A DNA stretch of 64,000 nucleotides from NCBI GenBank assembly GCA_900549805.1, contig URPV01000001.1, positions 8,007 to 72,006 of the forward strand, written 5' to 3'. The position numbers and the translations under genes are program-made. This DNA is from an uncultured Veillonella sp. (GTDB lineage Bacteria > Bacillota > Negativicutes > Veillonellales > Veillonellaceae). The notes beneath the pieces are model-generated. The model was not told where the DNA came from. It did no database searches and worked only from the letters and a program-made list of their open reading frames with translations. This document shows, piece after piece, positions 18,967 through 28,700 of this stretch (its first letter is position 1; every line of letters begins with the position of its first letter).

Positions 18967-19905
18967 ATGGTTAGTAGTAGGAGTGAAGGGAAGCTTGGTC
19001 CAAAATCTAGGAAGGAAGTCTACCTGGGTATGGGCCTAGCCCTACTAGGAGCTCTCTTATGGGGGTTGTCGGGGACTTGCGTTCAATTTTTAGAGAACCA
19101 GCGGCATGTCAACATGGAATGGTTGGTTACAGTTCGGCTCTTTGTTGCAGGCTGTATTAACGTGGGTTGGGTCTTGGCCCGCCACCACTTATCAGATTTG
19201 ACCAAGATTTTTTTCCAACCTAGGGATTTGGGTAAGTTTATCATCTTTTCCCTCTTGGGTGTATCTCTCTGTCAGTACACCTACTTTAGGGCTATCGCCG
19301 TGGCCGGTGTAGGGTTAGCTACGGTCATCCAGTATACGGCGCCAACCCTCATTATTATTTACCTCTTCCTGCGCTACCGGAAGATACCTAATCAGGCAGA
19401 GATTTTGGCTGTGATTTTGGCCTTTATAGGGACTCTCTGCATCGTCTTTCAGGGGCAACCAGACTTATCTAACCTCAATGGGCCTGTCCTCTTCTGGGGC
19501 TTGGTTTCGGCCGCCTCTATAGGGGTTTATACCTTGCAACCAGTGAGCCTTTTGGCAAAGTATGGTACGGGCCCTATTTTGGGATTGGCCATGGTTCTAG
19601 GGGGCTTGGTGGCTAAACTAGTATGGTTTGATGCTCCTTCTAATATGATGTGGGATACCTGGACCTGGGCGGCCCTCTTCGGCATTGTGGTACTAGGGAC
19701 GGTAGTATCCTTTAATGCCTTTATGGAGGGGATTCGTAGGGTGGGTCCTGTGCGAGGCGTTATATTATCCTCCTTAGAACCTATATCGGCAGCTTTATTC
19801 GGTTGGGCCCTCCTGGGGAACCAGTTAACTAGCTGGGACTTGGCGGGCTTTGTCCTCATTGTGACGACCGTCTTGATTCTTGGTTTTGCCAAGCAAAAAC
19901 AATAA
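18967..19905 (+). CDS. DMT/EamA family transporter
   Basis: About 10 TMs; LWGLSG, QYTAP and SLEPISA motifs. Confidence 0.87.
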   Translation: MVSSRSEGKLGPKSRKEVYLGMGLALLGALLWGLSGTCVQFLENQRHVNMEWLVTVRLFVAGCINVGWVLARHHLSDLTKIFFQPRDLGKFIIFSLLGVSLCQYTYFRAIAVAGVGLATVIQYTAPTLIIIYLFLRYRKIPNQAEILAVILAFIGTLCIVFQGQPDLSNLNGPVLFWGLVSAASIGVYTLQPVSLLAKYGTGPILGLAMVLGGLVAKLVWFDAPSNMMWDTWTWAALFGIVVLGTVVSFNAFMEGIRRVGPVRGVILSSLEPISAALFGWALLGNQLTSWDLAGFVLIVTTVLILGFAKQKQ

Positions 19906-19930
19906 ATAATGACCCTAGACCTATAAAGAT

Positions 19931-19975
19931 AAAGAGGGCCTGGAATACATCTTGCTAGTATTCCAGGCCCTTTTT
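19931..19975. terminator. bidirectional terminator
   Basis: AAAGAGGGCCTGGAATAC / GTATTCCAGGCCCTTTTT between convergent genes. Confidence 0.75.
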
Positions 19976-20003
19976 AGTATGGGCTTATAGTTGGGTTGGT
20001 TGA

Positions 20004-21206
20004 CTATATCTTGTTTGATTCTGCGGTGTCTGGCACCTTATATTTAATCCAAGCTGCGGCTATGATGAAGAGAGCGGCGGAAATCCAGAAGAGGCTAGTA
20101 AAGCCCAAGGTGGCCATGAGGGAGGCACCGCCAAGAGATCCTATGAAATAGCCTAGGAATTGGAAGGATTGGTTGTAGGCAAAGACTTGACCAGTCAGGT
20201 TCTTAGGCGTTTTAGAGGATAGGTAGGTATTGAGGGCTGGTAGGAGGCCACCCATGCCTAAGCCTTGCAGGAAGCGGATGAAGCCCAGAGTGTAGACGTC
20301 GGATACATAGGCTTGAGGAATGTTGAGGAGACCCACATATAGTAGGGCTATGAGGAGAACCTGACGGGGGCCAACCTTATCTACTAAGCGGCCAAGGTAA
20401 GAGGATGACAGAAGTTGGGCGATGCCAGTACAGGAGAAGACCGCCCCTGCTATGAAGGCTAGGTTAGGAGTTCCCGCTGGGAGAATTTCCTTAACGTAGA
20501 CTGTAATGATAGGTTGCAGCGTTTGCGCACAAATAGCGAAGATAAACATGGCTCCGTAGAGGGCTATAACGGCCTTAAAGTCTGGTATTTGAGCCTTGAG
20601 GGCTGATAGGCTTTGCTTGGCTTTAGATAGCTTAGGGACATATTCTTCGTGGACGAAGAAGGTGACGATGACGAAGGCTGTCAACATGAAAGCCCCTACA
20701 ATGAGGAAGTCATTGTGGATGCCCACTAGGTCAGCTAGGTAGCCACCGATGAGGGGGCCCACTAAGTAGCCCGACATTTGGCCTGTTGTGAGAACGCCTA
20801 GGGCCCAGCCGGTGTGTTCTTGTGGGGTTTCTGAGGCCACTAGGGTGACAGAGGCTGAGTAGAAGCCATTAACCAGGCCTTGGATGGCCCGAAGGATGAT
20901 GACCGTTTCTGGGGTACTAGCAAAGGCGATAGCTATGTTGCAGAGGGCCATGCCTAGGCTGGACCGGACTAGGGTGATCTTGCGGCCCTTTCTATCCGCC
21001 AGACGCCCCCAGAAAGGGGCCACCAGGCAGACAACTAGGTAGGTTACACCTGTGGCTAGGCCAGACCATAGGGAGAGGGCTTCCGGTGAGTTAACTCCCA
21101 TTTGGTGGAAGTAGAGGGGCAGTATTGGGCTCAGTTGACTGATGCCAAAGGACATACAGAAGGTGCAGACTACCAATACGTAGACGCTGCGTTTCCAAAG
21201 TTCCAT
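20004..21206 (-). CDS. MFS transporter (MdtG-like DHA1 family)
   Basis: WGRLADRKGRK motif A, second motif GRLVDKVGPR, 12 TMs; AAGGAG RBS before ATG 21206. Confidence 0.88.
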   Translation of the reverse strand: MELWKRSVYVLVVCTFCMSFGISQLSPILPLYFHQMGVNSPEALSLWSGLATGVTYLVVCLVAPFWGRLADRKGRKITLVRSSLGMALCNIAIAFASTPETVIILRAIQGLVNGFYSASVTLVASETPQEHTGWALGVLTTGQMSGYLVGPLIGGYLADLVGIHNDFLIVGAFMLTAFVIVTFFVHEEYVPKLSKAKQSLSALKAQIPDFKAVIALYGAMFIFAICAQTLQPIITVYVKEILPAGTPNLAFIAGAVFSCTGIAQLLSSSYLGRLVDKVGPRQVLLIALLYVGLLNIPQAYVSDVYTLGFIRFLQGLGMGGLLPALNTYLSSKTPKNLTGQVFAYNQSFQFLGYFIGSLGGASLMATLGFTSLFWISAALFIIAAAWIKYKVPDTAESNKI

Positions 21207-21291
21207 AGGATCTCCTTGTAAAGTACGTTTAGATTCATACAAGAATTAGTGTAACACTAGTTGTAAGCAATATAAAAATTTTCTTAACAGA

Positions 21292-21320
21292 TTGACATTC
21301 TGAGTAGACATAGATATACT
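21292..21320 (+). promoter_or_regulatory. sigma-A promoter of the trp leader
   Basis: TTGACA-17 nt-TATACT. Confidence 0.75.
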
Positions 21321-21349
21321 CAAAACATGAATTGAATAACTCGCCTATA

Positions 21350-21669
21350 AACCGTAGACGTGGAGATAAGAATAAGAGATGCGCTCACAGAGAGCGGGGG
21401 ATGCTGAGATTCCCGCAGTAAGCAGCTTATTAAATGGACCACTGAGGGCGTAGGGAACGGACGAGGTTGATGCTGGTGGGGATGACCCTGCTAGAGGACT
21501 CTCCTAGTATTCTACGACGCGACACAAGCGTTAACTGTGAGGGGTTTGTTAGAATCCTGCTGAGAGGGGCTTAGGCCAAACCAAGGTGGTACCGCGACAT
21601 AGAATCATGCAAGATGATAGATCATATGCTCGTCCTTGACGTTACATTGTCATGGGCGAGTTTTTTATT
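21350..21669 (+). promoter_or_regulatory. T-box riboswitch, Trp-specific (specifier UGG)
   Basis: AGAGA bulge and GCTGAGA apical loop in stem I, specifier aaaTGGa at 21435-21437, T-box AAGGTGGTACCGCG at ~21583-21596, antiterminator partner CGTCCTT, terminator CTCGTCCTTGAC...GTCATGGGCGAG-T6. Confidence 0.92.
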
Positions 21670-21689
21670 GCTTATTTTTGGAGGTTATC

Positions 21690-23159
21690 ATGATTAAACC
21701 TAGTCTTGATTCTGTGAAGGCCCTAGCAAGCGGTTACGATATCGTGCCTGTCTATATGGAAATTCTATCCGATATACGGACGCCAATTAGCGTCCTCAAA
21801 GCCTTGAAACAAGTGTCGAGTCATACCTACCTCTTGGAAAGTGCGGATAATTCTAACCACTGGGGCCGTTATTCCTTCTTGGGCTATGATCCTAAGTTGG
21901 AAATCTTTTGCAAGAACCACCAAATGACCATTAAAGAAGGGACCTCACGGACCTTTACCTGCCATGATCCAGCTGCTGAAATCCGGCGTATCCTCCAGCA
22001 ATATAAGAGCCCTCGTCTAGAGGAACTCCCTAGTTTCACGGGTGGCCTTGTAGGTTACTTCGCCTGTGAATACATCCGTTACATTGAACCTAGTTTAGAT
22101 TTTACGGTCCCTGATGATGATTCAGCTATGGTCAATGATGTGGACCTTATGCTCTTTGATAAGGTTATCGCCTTCGACCATTACAAAAATAAAATCTTCC
22201 TCATTGCCAATATTGGAACCGAAGATTTAGAGCGTAACTACCGTAAGGCTGAAATGGAACTCAAGGCCTTGGCTGACCTGGTAGCTCATGGGGCGGAAGC
22301 TGACATTCCCAAGGGCCTTCTCAAGTCTGACTTTAGCTCTGAGTTTTCTAAGGAGGACTTTGAAGAGGTGGTTAGAAAGCTACAAGGGCATATCAAAGAA
22401 GGAGATATCTTCCAAGCGGTCGTATCCAATCGGCGGGAGGCGGACTTTGAAGGGTCCCTCCTCAACGCCTATCGGGCCCTTAGGACCATCAACCCATCCC
22501 CCTATATGTTCTACCTATCCGGTGGTGACCTCGAGCTCACAGGGGCCTCTCCAGAAACCTTAGTAAAGCTGACTGAGGGCACCCTCTATACATACCCTAT
22601 TGCCGGGACTATGAAGCGGGGTAAGAACGAGGCAGAAGACCTTGCTATCGAGGATAAGCTCATCCACGATGAGAAAGAACTAGCGGAGCACAATATGCTG
22701 GTAGACTTAGGACGTAATGATTTAGGTAAAATCTCTAATTTTGGCTCTGTTAAAGTAGAAGCCCTCCATATGCTCCAACGCTTCTCTCATGTCATTCACA
22801 TCACCTCTACCGTATCAGGCCGTATTAAGGATGGCTGCGATGCCCTAGATGCCATTGGGGCGACCCTTCCTGCAGGGACCTTGTCAGGGGCCCCTAAGAT
22901 TCGGGCCTTGGATATCCTTCATGGCTTGGAAAAGAGCCCACGGGGTGTTTACGGTGGGGCGGTAGGCTACATCGATTTCGCTGGCAATATGGATGTTTGC
23001 ATTGGTATTCGCATGGCCATGCACAAGGGAGGCAAGGTCTACGTACGGGCTGGTGCGGGCATCGTGCGAGACTCGGTGCCTGAAAGTGAATACAAAGAAA
23101 CCCTCATGAAGGGACAATCTATGATTTCCGCTATTATGCAAGGACAGGAGGTAGACTAA
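21690..23159 (+). CDS. trpE: anthranilate synthase component I
   Basis: LLESA, GRYSFLG, NPSPYM, PIAGT, KELAEHNMLVDLGRND, PAGTLSGAPK; GGAGG RBS. Confidence 0.96.
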   Translation: MIKPSLDSVKALASGYDIVPVYMEILSDIRTPISVLKALKQVSSHTYLLESADNSNHWGRYSFLGYDPKLEIFCKNHQMTIKEGTSRTFTCHDPAAEIRRILQQYKSPRLEELPSFTGGLVGYFACEYIRYIEPSLDFTVPDDDSAMVNDVDLMLFDKVIAFDHYKNKIFLIANIGTEDLERNYRKAEMELKALADLVAHGAEADIPKGLLKSDFSSEFSKEDFEEVVRKLQGHIKEGDIFQAVVSNRREADFEGSLLNAYRALRTINPSPYMFYLSGGDLELTGASPETLVKLTEGTLYTYPIAGTMKRGKNEAEDLAIEDKLIHDEKELAEHNMLVDLGRNDLGKISNFGSVKVEALHMLQRFSHVIHITSTVSGRIKDGCDALDAIGATLPAGTLSGAPKIRALDILHGLEKSPRGVYGGAVGYIDFAGNMDVCIGIRMAMHKGGKVYVRAGAGIVRDSVPESEYKETLMKGQSMISAIMQGQEVD

Positions 23160-23725
23160 TGGTACTCCTTATCGATAATTACGATTCCTTTTCCTTCAAC
23201 CTTTACCAATTGGTTGGGTCTATCGATCCGGACATTAAGGTTATCCGGTCAGATGAACTTACGGTTGACCAAATTCGGGCCCTAAAGCCGGATTATGTCA
23301 TCTTATCGCCAGGTCCTGGCCGCCCTGCTGATGCGGGTGTTTATGAGGACCTCCTCCGCCAATGTAAGGGGGAATTTCCCATCCTAGGTGTCTGCTTGGG
23401 CCACCAAGCCATCGGGGAAGTCTTTGGCGGGATTGTTTCCTATGCCAAGCAGGTCATGCATGGTAAGCAAAGCTTGGCTAAGAAGGTCCATGACTCTAAA
23501 ATTCTCGCAGGCTTGCCGGAAGAATTTCCTGTAGCTCGCTATCATTCCTTAGCTATTATTGACGAAAGTATGCCGCAGGATTTAATCGTCACCTCCATAA
23601 CGGCTGACGGTGAAATCATGAGTGTAGAACACAAGGATTACCCTATTTACGGGGTTCAGTTCCATCCGGAATCCATCATGACACCGGATGGGGAACAAAT
23701 GATTCGCAATTTCTTATCTAACTAA
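23159..23725 (+). CDS. trpG: anthranilate synthase component II (glutamine amidotransferase)
   Basis: IDNYDSF, SPGPGRP, GVCLGHQ, RYHSL, QFHPES. Confidence 0.96.
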   Translation: MVLLIDNYDSFSFNLYQLVGSIDPDIKVIRSDELTVDQIRALKPDYVILSPGPGRPADAGVYEDLLRQCKGEFPILGVCLGHQAIGEVFGGIVSYAKQVMHGKQSLAKKVHDSKILAGLPEEFPVARYHSLAIIDESMPQDLIVTSITADGEIMSVEHKDYPIYGVQFHPESIMTPDGEQMIRNFLSN

Positions 23726-23750
23726 ACTACGAACGTATCGAGGAGGACTT

Positions 23751-24761
23751 ATGATACAAGAGGCTTTATATAGTGTGACCCATGGTCAAGACTTATCCTT
23801 TGACTTGGCCAAGGATACGATGGATAAAATTATGTCTGGTCAAGTGGATCAAATTCCTATGGCTGGCTTCTTATGTGCCTTAGCAGCCAAGGGGCCTACG
23901 GTGGAGGAAATCACCGCTTTTGCACAAGTTATGCGGGATAAGGCAGGCTCTGTTCCCCATGAAGGGACAGTCGTAGAAATTGTGGGTACTGGTGGGGATG
24001 AAGCTAATACCTTTAACATTTCTTCTACTTCTGGATTTGTCATCTCTGCAGCGGGTATTCCTGTGGCTAAGCATGGTAACCGCAGCGTCTCTTCTAAGTG
24101 TGGGGCAGCAGACCTCATGGAGGCCCTAGGGGCCAAGTTAGAATTAGATGGGAAGCAAAATCAAGAAGTCCTTTCTAAGGCTAATATGTGCTTTATGTTT
24201 GCGCCTGTTTATCACCAAGCTATGAAGTATGCTGGTCCTGTGCGCAAGGCTTTAGGTGTTCGGACCGTCTTCAATATCCTAGGCCCTTTGGCTAACCCAG
24301 CAGGGGCTACAGTGGAATTGATGGGGGTTTACGACAAGGCTTTAGTAGAACCTTTGGCCCGCGTTTTGGCTAATTTAGGGGTAGAACGGGGGGCCGTAGT
24401 TCACGGCTTTGATGGCTTGGATGAAATCACTGCTACCGGTAAAACCTATGTATGTGAAATTGACCATGGTCAATTCAAGTCCTACGAGCTAGACCCTAAA
24501 GACTATGGTTTTGACTACGCCAAGAAGGAAGAGCTAGAAGGTGGCGATGCTTCGGTCAATGCGGCCATTACCCGGTCAATTCTAGGTGGCCAAGCAGGGG
24601 GCAAACGGACTGCTGTCCTCCTCAACGCAGGTATGGCTATTTATTTGGCTAAGGAAGGCTTGACCCTAGCTGAGGGTATCGAGGAGGCTAAGGCTATGAT
24701 TGATTCTGGTAAGGCCCTAGCTAAAGTTGACCAATTTGTGAAAGCAACCCAAGAGGTATAG
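23751..24761 (+). CDS. trpD: anthranilate phosphoribosyltransferase
   Basis: GTGGD, FNISS, AKHGNRSVSS, FNILGPL, GLDEI. Confidence 0.96.
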   Translation: MIQEALYSVTHGQDLSFDLAKDTMDKIMSGQVDQIPMAGFLCALAAKGPTVEEITAFAQVMRDKAGSVPHEGTVVEIVGTGGDEANTFNISSTSGFVISAAGIPVAKHGNRSVSSKCGAADLMEALGAKLELDGKQNQEVLSKANMCFMFAPVYHQAMKYAGPVRKALGVRTVFNILGPLANPAGATVELMGVYDKALVEPLARVLANLGVERGAVVHGFDGLDEITATGKTYVCEIDHGQFKSYELDPKDYGFDYAKKEELEGGDASVNAAITRSILGGQAGGKRTAVLLNAGMAIYLAKEGLTLAEGIEEAKAMIDSGKALAKVDQFVKATQEV

Positions 24762-24762
24762 G

Positions 24763-26283
24763 ATGATCTTAGATAGAATCGTAGCCTCCACCCGTCAGCG
24801 GGTGGCTAGAGAAAAGGCTGAAATCAGCCTGGAAGAGATTAAGGCGCAAGCCTTGGCTTTGCCAGTCGGCCCAGGATTTCCCTTTGAAGATGCCCTCCGT
24901 CAGCAGGACTTTAATTTTATTTGTGAAGTGAAAAAAGCATCTCCTTCCAAGGGAATCATAGCAGAAGACTTTCCCTATTTGGCTATAGCTAAGGAATACG
25001 AAGAGGCTGGGGCAGCTGCTATTTCCTGCCTCACAGAACCGGAATTCTTCAAGGGAGACAAGAGATACCTCCAAGAAATCGCTCAGACGGTTTCCATTCC
25101 TGTCCTCCGTAAGGACTTTATTATCGATGCCTATCAGATTTACCAGGCTAAGGTTTGGGGGGCTTCGGCAGTCCTCTTGATTTGTGCTTGTCTGGATGAA
25201 GACAGCTTGACCCGTTTCCGCCTCTTGGCTGAATCCTTGGGCCTATCGACCTTAGTAGAGGCCCATGATGAAGAAGAGGTCCGCATGGCCGTCCGGTCGG
25301 GTGCGCGCATCATAGGGGTCAATAATCGTAATCTTAAGGACTTCACGGTGGATGTGAACAATAGTATCCGCCTTCGTCAATTGGTGGATGACCAGGTGAT
25401 TTTTGTCTCTGAAAGTGGTCTTACTACCCCCGAGGACATCCAAACCTTACGGGACCATAATATTCGGGTAGCCCTTATGGGGGAAAGCTTTATGCGGGCC
25501 CCTAACAAGGTGGAACAGTTAGCCTACCTCTACGGGCCTTTAGGCTACCAACCTAAGGTCAAGATTTGTGGCATCTCCCAAGAGGAGACCCTTCCTGCTC
25601 TCCTAGAGGCCAAGCCTGATTATATGGGCTTAGTTTTTGCTCCTAGTAAGCGTCAAGTCAGTCTAGAGAAGGCTAAGTCCCTGGTGATTAAGCTCCGGAC
25701 TTTGGAAGCGTTTCACCATGGAAAGGGACAAGCTAGCTCGCAGGATGAGGAAGAGACTCTGAGCCTTAGTGGGAGACTAGGAGTGGCCGGTGTTTTCGTC
25801 AATGAATCGCTGGAGAACTTGTTAGAAATTGCTAAGGCAGTTCCCTTGGATGTCATTCAACTTCATGGTGATGAGGATGAAACTTTTATCCGAGACCTTA
25901 AGGAGGCCTTGCATCAGACCTGTGAAGGAGACTCTACAGGGGCTGCTGTAAGGGGACCTATAGAGATTTGGAAGGCCGTGTCCGTGCAGGGGACTGAAGA
26001 TACTGAAGCTTGGCTTCATTCAGCGGCGGATATGATCCTCTTTGACACCTACCACCAGGGGGAACGAGGAGGGACAGGGCAAGTCTTTGATTGGCAGGCC
26101 CTAGATGCCTTTGATAGACCTTTTATCTTGGCCGGGGGACTCAGCCTAAAGAATATTGCCCGTGCCATTCGGACGGTTCGCCCTCATGGAATTGATATAT
26201 CCTCTGGCTTAGAAATAGAAGGCCATAAAGATAATGACAAGATAGGAGCTTTCAGCCACTTGCTAAAAGCCATCACTAGATAG
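24763..26283 (+). CDS. trpCF: bifunctional indole-3-glycerol-phosphate synthase / phosphoribosylanthranilate isomerase
   Basis: TrpC motifs [26 protein letters not shown]; TrpF motifs VKICGI, QLHGDE, GGTG, LAGGL, DISSG. Confidence 0.93.
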   Translation: MILDRIVASTRQRVAREKAEISLEEIKAQALALPVGPGFPFEDALRQQDFNFICEVKKASPSKGIIAEDFPYLAIAKEYEEAGAAAISCLTEPEFFKGDKRYLQEIAQTVSIPVLRKDFIIDAYQIYQAKVWGASAVLLICACLDEDSLTRFRLLAESLGLSTLVEAHDEEEVRMAVRSGARIIGVNNRNLKDFTVDVNNSIRLRQLVDDQVIFVSESGLTTPEDIQTLRDHNIRVALMGESFMRAPNKVEQLAYLYGPLGYQPKVKICGISQEETLPALLEAKPDYMGLVFAPSKRQVSLEKAKSLVIKLRTLEAFHHGKGQASSQDEEETLSLSGRLGVAGVFVNESLENLLEIAKAVPLDVIQLHGDEDETFIRDLKEALHQTCEGDSTGAAVRGPIEIWKAVSVQGTEDTEAWLHSAADMILFDTYHQGERGGTGQVFDWQALDAFDRPFILAGGLSLKNIARAIRTVRPHGIDISSGLEIEGHKDNDKIGAFSHLLKAITR

Positions 26284-26293
26284 GAGACATAGA

Positions 26294-27487
26294 ATGAGTG
26301 AAGAAAGACATGGCTATTTTGGTGCCTTTGGGGGCCAATTTATGCCGGAAACATTGATGAATGCAGTCATCGAATTAGAAGAAGCCTACAATAAGTACAA
26401 GGATGATCCTGAATTTATCAAGGATGTGGAAGACCTCCACTGGAATTATACAGGTCGCCCGTCCCTTCTCTACTATGCTAAGCGCATGACAGAAGACTTG
26501 GGTGGTGCTAAAATCTACCTCAAGCGGGAAGACCTCAACCACACGGGGTCTCATAAGCTTAATAATGTAATCGGCCAGATGCTGTTGGCTAAGCGCATGG
26601 GCAAGACTCGAGTTATCGCTGAAACCGGGGCTGGCCAACATGGTGTGGCCACCGCTACCATAGCGGCCCTCATGGGGATGGAGTGTGAAGTCTTCATGGG
26701 CCAGGAGGATTGCGAACGGCAAGCCCTTAACGTATATCGTATGGAACTCTTGGGGGCCAAGGTTCATCCTGTTACTTCAGGTACGGGGACCTTGAAGGAT
26801 GCCGTATCCGAGGCTATGCGGGAGTGGACCAACCGCATGGATGATACCCACTATGTTTTGGGGTCCGTTATGGGCGCTCATCCTTTCCCAACTATCGTAC
26901 GGGACTTCCAATCCATTATCTCTCGAGAAGCACGTGAGCAAATCCTTGCTGCTGAAGGCAAGTTGCCAAGTGCTGTTATGGCTTGCGTAGGGGGCGGTTC
27001 TAACGCCATTGGCATGTTCTATCACTTTATCCCTGACCAAGGGGTTCGACTCATCGGCTGCGAAGCGGCTGGTCGTGGTGTTGATACAGACCAAAATGCG
27101 GCTACTATGGCTAATGGTACGGTGGGTATCTTCCACGGTATGAAGTCCTATTTCTGCCAAGATCAAGATGGGCAGATTGCACCGGTGTATTCCATCTCTG
27201 CTGGCTTGGACTACCCTGGCATTGGGCCTGAACACGCCAACTTGAGAGATAGTGGCCGGGCTGAGTACGTACCGGTAACGGACGACGAGGCTGTAGATGC
27301 CTTTGAATACTTGTCCCGCCTAGAAGGGATTATTCCTGCTATTGAAAGTGCTCATGCGGTAGCTCATGCCCGCAAGATTGCACCGGCTATGAGTAAGGAC
27401 GACATCATCATCATTTGTTTATCTGGTCGTGGCGATAAGGACGTAGCGGCTATGGCTAAGTATAGAGGGGTAGAAATCCATGAGTAA
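26294..27487 (+). CDS. trpB: tryptophan synthase beta subunit
   Basis: [43 protein letters not shown]. Confidence 0.98.
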   Translation: MSEERHGYFGAFGGQFMPETLMNAVIELEEAYNKYKDDPEFIKDVEDLHWNYTGRPSLLYYAKRMTEDLGGAKIYLKREDLNHTGSHKLNNVIGQMLLAKRMGKTRVIAETGAGQHGVATATIAALMGMECEVFMGQEDCERQALNVYRMELLGAKVHPVTSGTGTLKDAVSEAMREWTNRMDDTHYVLGSVMGAHPFPTIVRDFQSIISREAREQILAAEGKLPSAVMACVGGGSNAIGMFYHFIPDQGVRLIGCEAAGRGVDTDQNAATMANGTVGIFHGMKSYFCQDQDGQIAPVYSISAGLDYPGIGPEHANLRDSGRAEYVPVTDDEAVDAFEYLSRLEGIIPAIESAHAVAHARKIAPAMSKDDIIIICLSGRGDKDVAAMAKYRGVEIHE

Positions 27488-28265
27488 GATTCAAGATGCA
27501 TTTAAGGGGGGGAAGGCTTTCATTCCATTTATCTCTGCCGGCGATCACGGTATTGAGACTACGGAACGTTACATCCGGATTATGGCTAAGGCAGGGGCGG
27601 ATATGATCGAAATCGGTATTCCTTTCTCCGATCCGACGGCGGAAGGCCCTGTTATTCAAGAAGCTAGCAGCCGGGCCCTTTCTACAGGGGTTAAGATTGA
27701 CGATATTTTCGCCATGGTGGATCGTTTGCGGACTGGCCAAGATGCTTTGACCCTTCCTTTAGTCTTTATGACCTATCTCAATCCTATCTATGTGTATGGG
27801 CGGGAAAAGTTCCTTAGCCGCTGCCAAGAGGTCAATATTTCTGGCCTCATCATTCCGGACATGCCTTTTGAAGAAAAGGGCGAACTCCAAGGTTATGCCA
27901 AGGAACACGGAGTGGATATCGTATCACTTATTGCACCAACTTCAGAAAACCGTATCGGCATGATTGCTAAAGAGGCGCAAGGCTTTATTTATTGCGTATC
28001 TTCTTTGGGCGTAACAGGTGTGCGCAGTGAAATTAAAACCGATATTAAATCTATTGTAGATACTATCCGCAAATATACGGATATCCCTGTAGCTGTAGGC
28101 TTTGGCATCTCCACACCAGACCAAGCAGCAGCTATGGCCAAGGTGTCCGATGGGGCTATCGTAGGGTCTGCTATCGTTAAATTGGTAGCCCAGTATGGAG
28201 ACCAAGCTGACCAAGCCCTCTTCGACTATGTTCAGTCTATGAAAGAAGCAGTCATCAAGGCATGA
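27480..28265 (+). CDS. trpA: tryptophan synthase alpha subunit
   Basis: [38 protein letters not shown]. Confidence 0.97.
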   Translation: MSKIQDAFKGGKAFIPFISAGDHGIETTERYIRIMAKAGADMIEIGIPFSDPTAEGPVIQEASSRALSTGVKIDDIFAMVDRLRTGQDALTLPLVFMTYLNPIYVYGREKFLSRCQEVNISGLIIPDMPFEEKGELQGYAKEHGVDIVSLIAPTSENRIGMIAKEAQGFIYCVSSLGVTGVRSEIKTDIKSIVDTIRKYTDIPVAVGFGISTPDQAAAMAKVSDGAIVGSAIVKLVAQYGDQADQALFDYVQSMKEAVIKA

Positions 28266-28346
28266 CTGTAGGAAGAGTGCATTATGTCTAATTTTGAAGA
28301 CCGCAGTCCTAGGCCATAGTCTAACTAGTTGCCTATTAGGCTACTG

Positions 28347-28374
28347 TTGACAGGGCCTTAAGGACTGCTATAAT
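28347..28374 (+). promoter_or_regulatory. sigma-A promoter of the ileS leader
   Basis: TTGACA-16 nt-TATAAT with extended TG. Confidence 0.75.
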
Positions 28375-28392
28375 GGTAGTGTTATAGATAAA

Positions 28393-28617
28393 AGCGATGA
28401 TGAAGACGGCAACATTCAACAAACCTTCAGAGAGCGAGCCAGCTGCTGTGAGGCTCGTAGGTGGGGATGGAGCGGATCACTTTTGAGCTCGGGCAACCGC
28501 GGCTAGCCCCGTTATAGGCATAAGAGGCTGAGTCCTTATACGATTACTAGAGACTCAGTCAGTAGGGTGGTACCACGGACATAACGTTCGTCCCTTCGGG
28601 GACGGGCGCTTTTTTTA
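28393..28617 (+). promoter_or_regulatory. T-box riboswitch, Ile-specific (specifier AUC)
   Basis: AGAGA bulge, GCTGTGA loop, specifier ATC at 28476-28478, CCGTTA stem IIA/B, T-box AGGGTGGTACCACGG, terminator GTTCGTCCC-ttcg-GGGACGGGC-T8. Confidence 0.92.
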
Positions 28618-28700
28618 TGCTTGGCCGCCTTTTTGATAAGGTTAGACCCTCTGCAGACCTCTGTGGAGACCGTCATAGATTTTGAGTGAGGAGACAGATT

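Noticed and set aside
21636..21689. N-terminal extension of trpE given by the ORF track
   Set aside because: Overlaps the T-box terminator; the real start is ATG 21690 after GGAGG.
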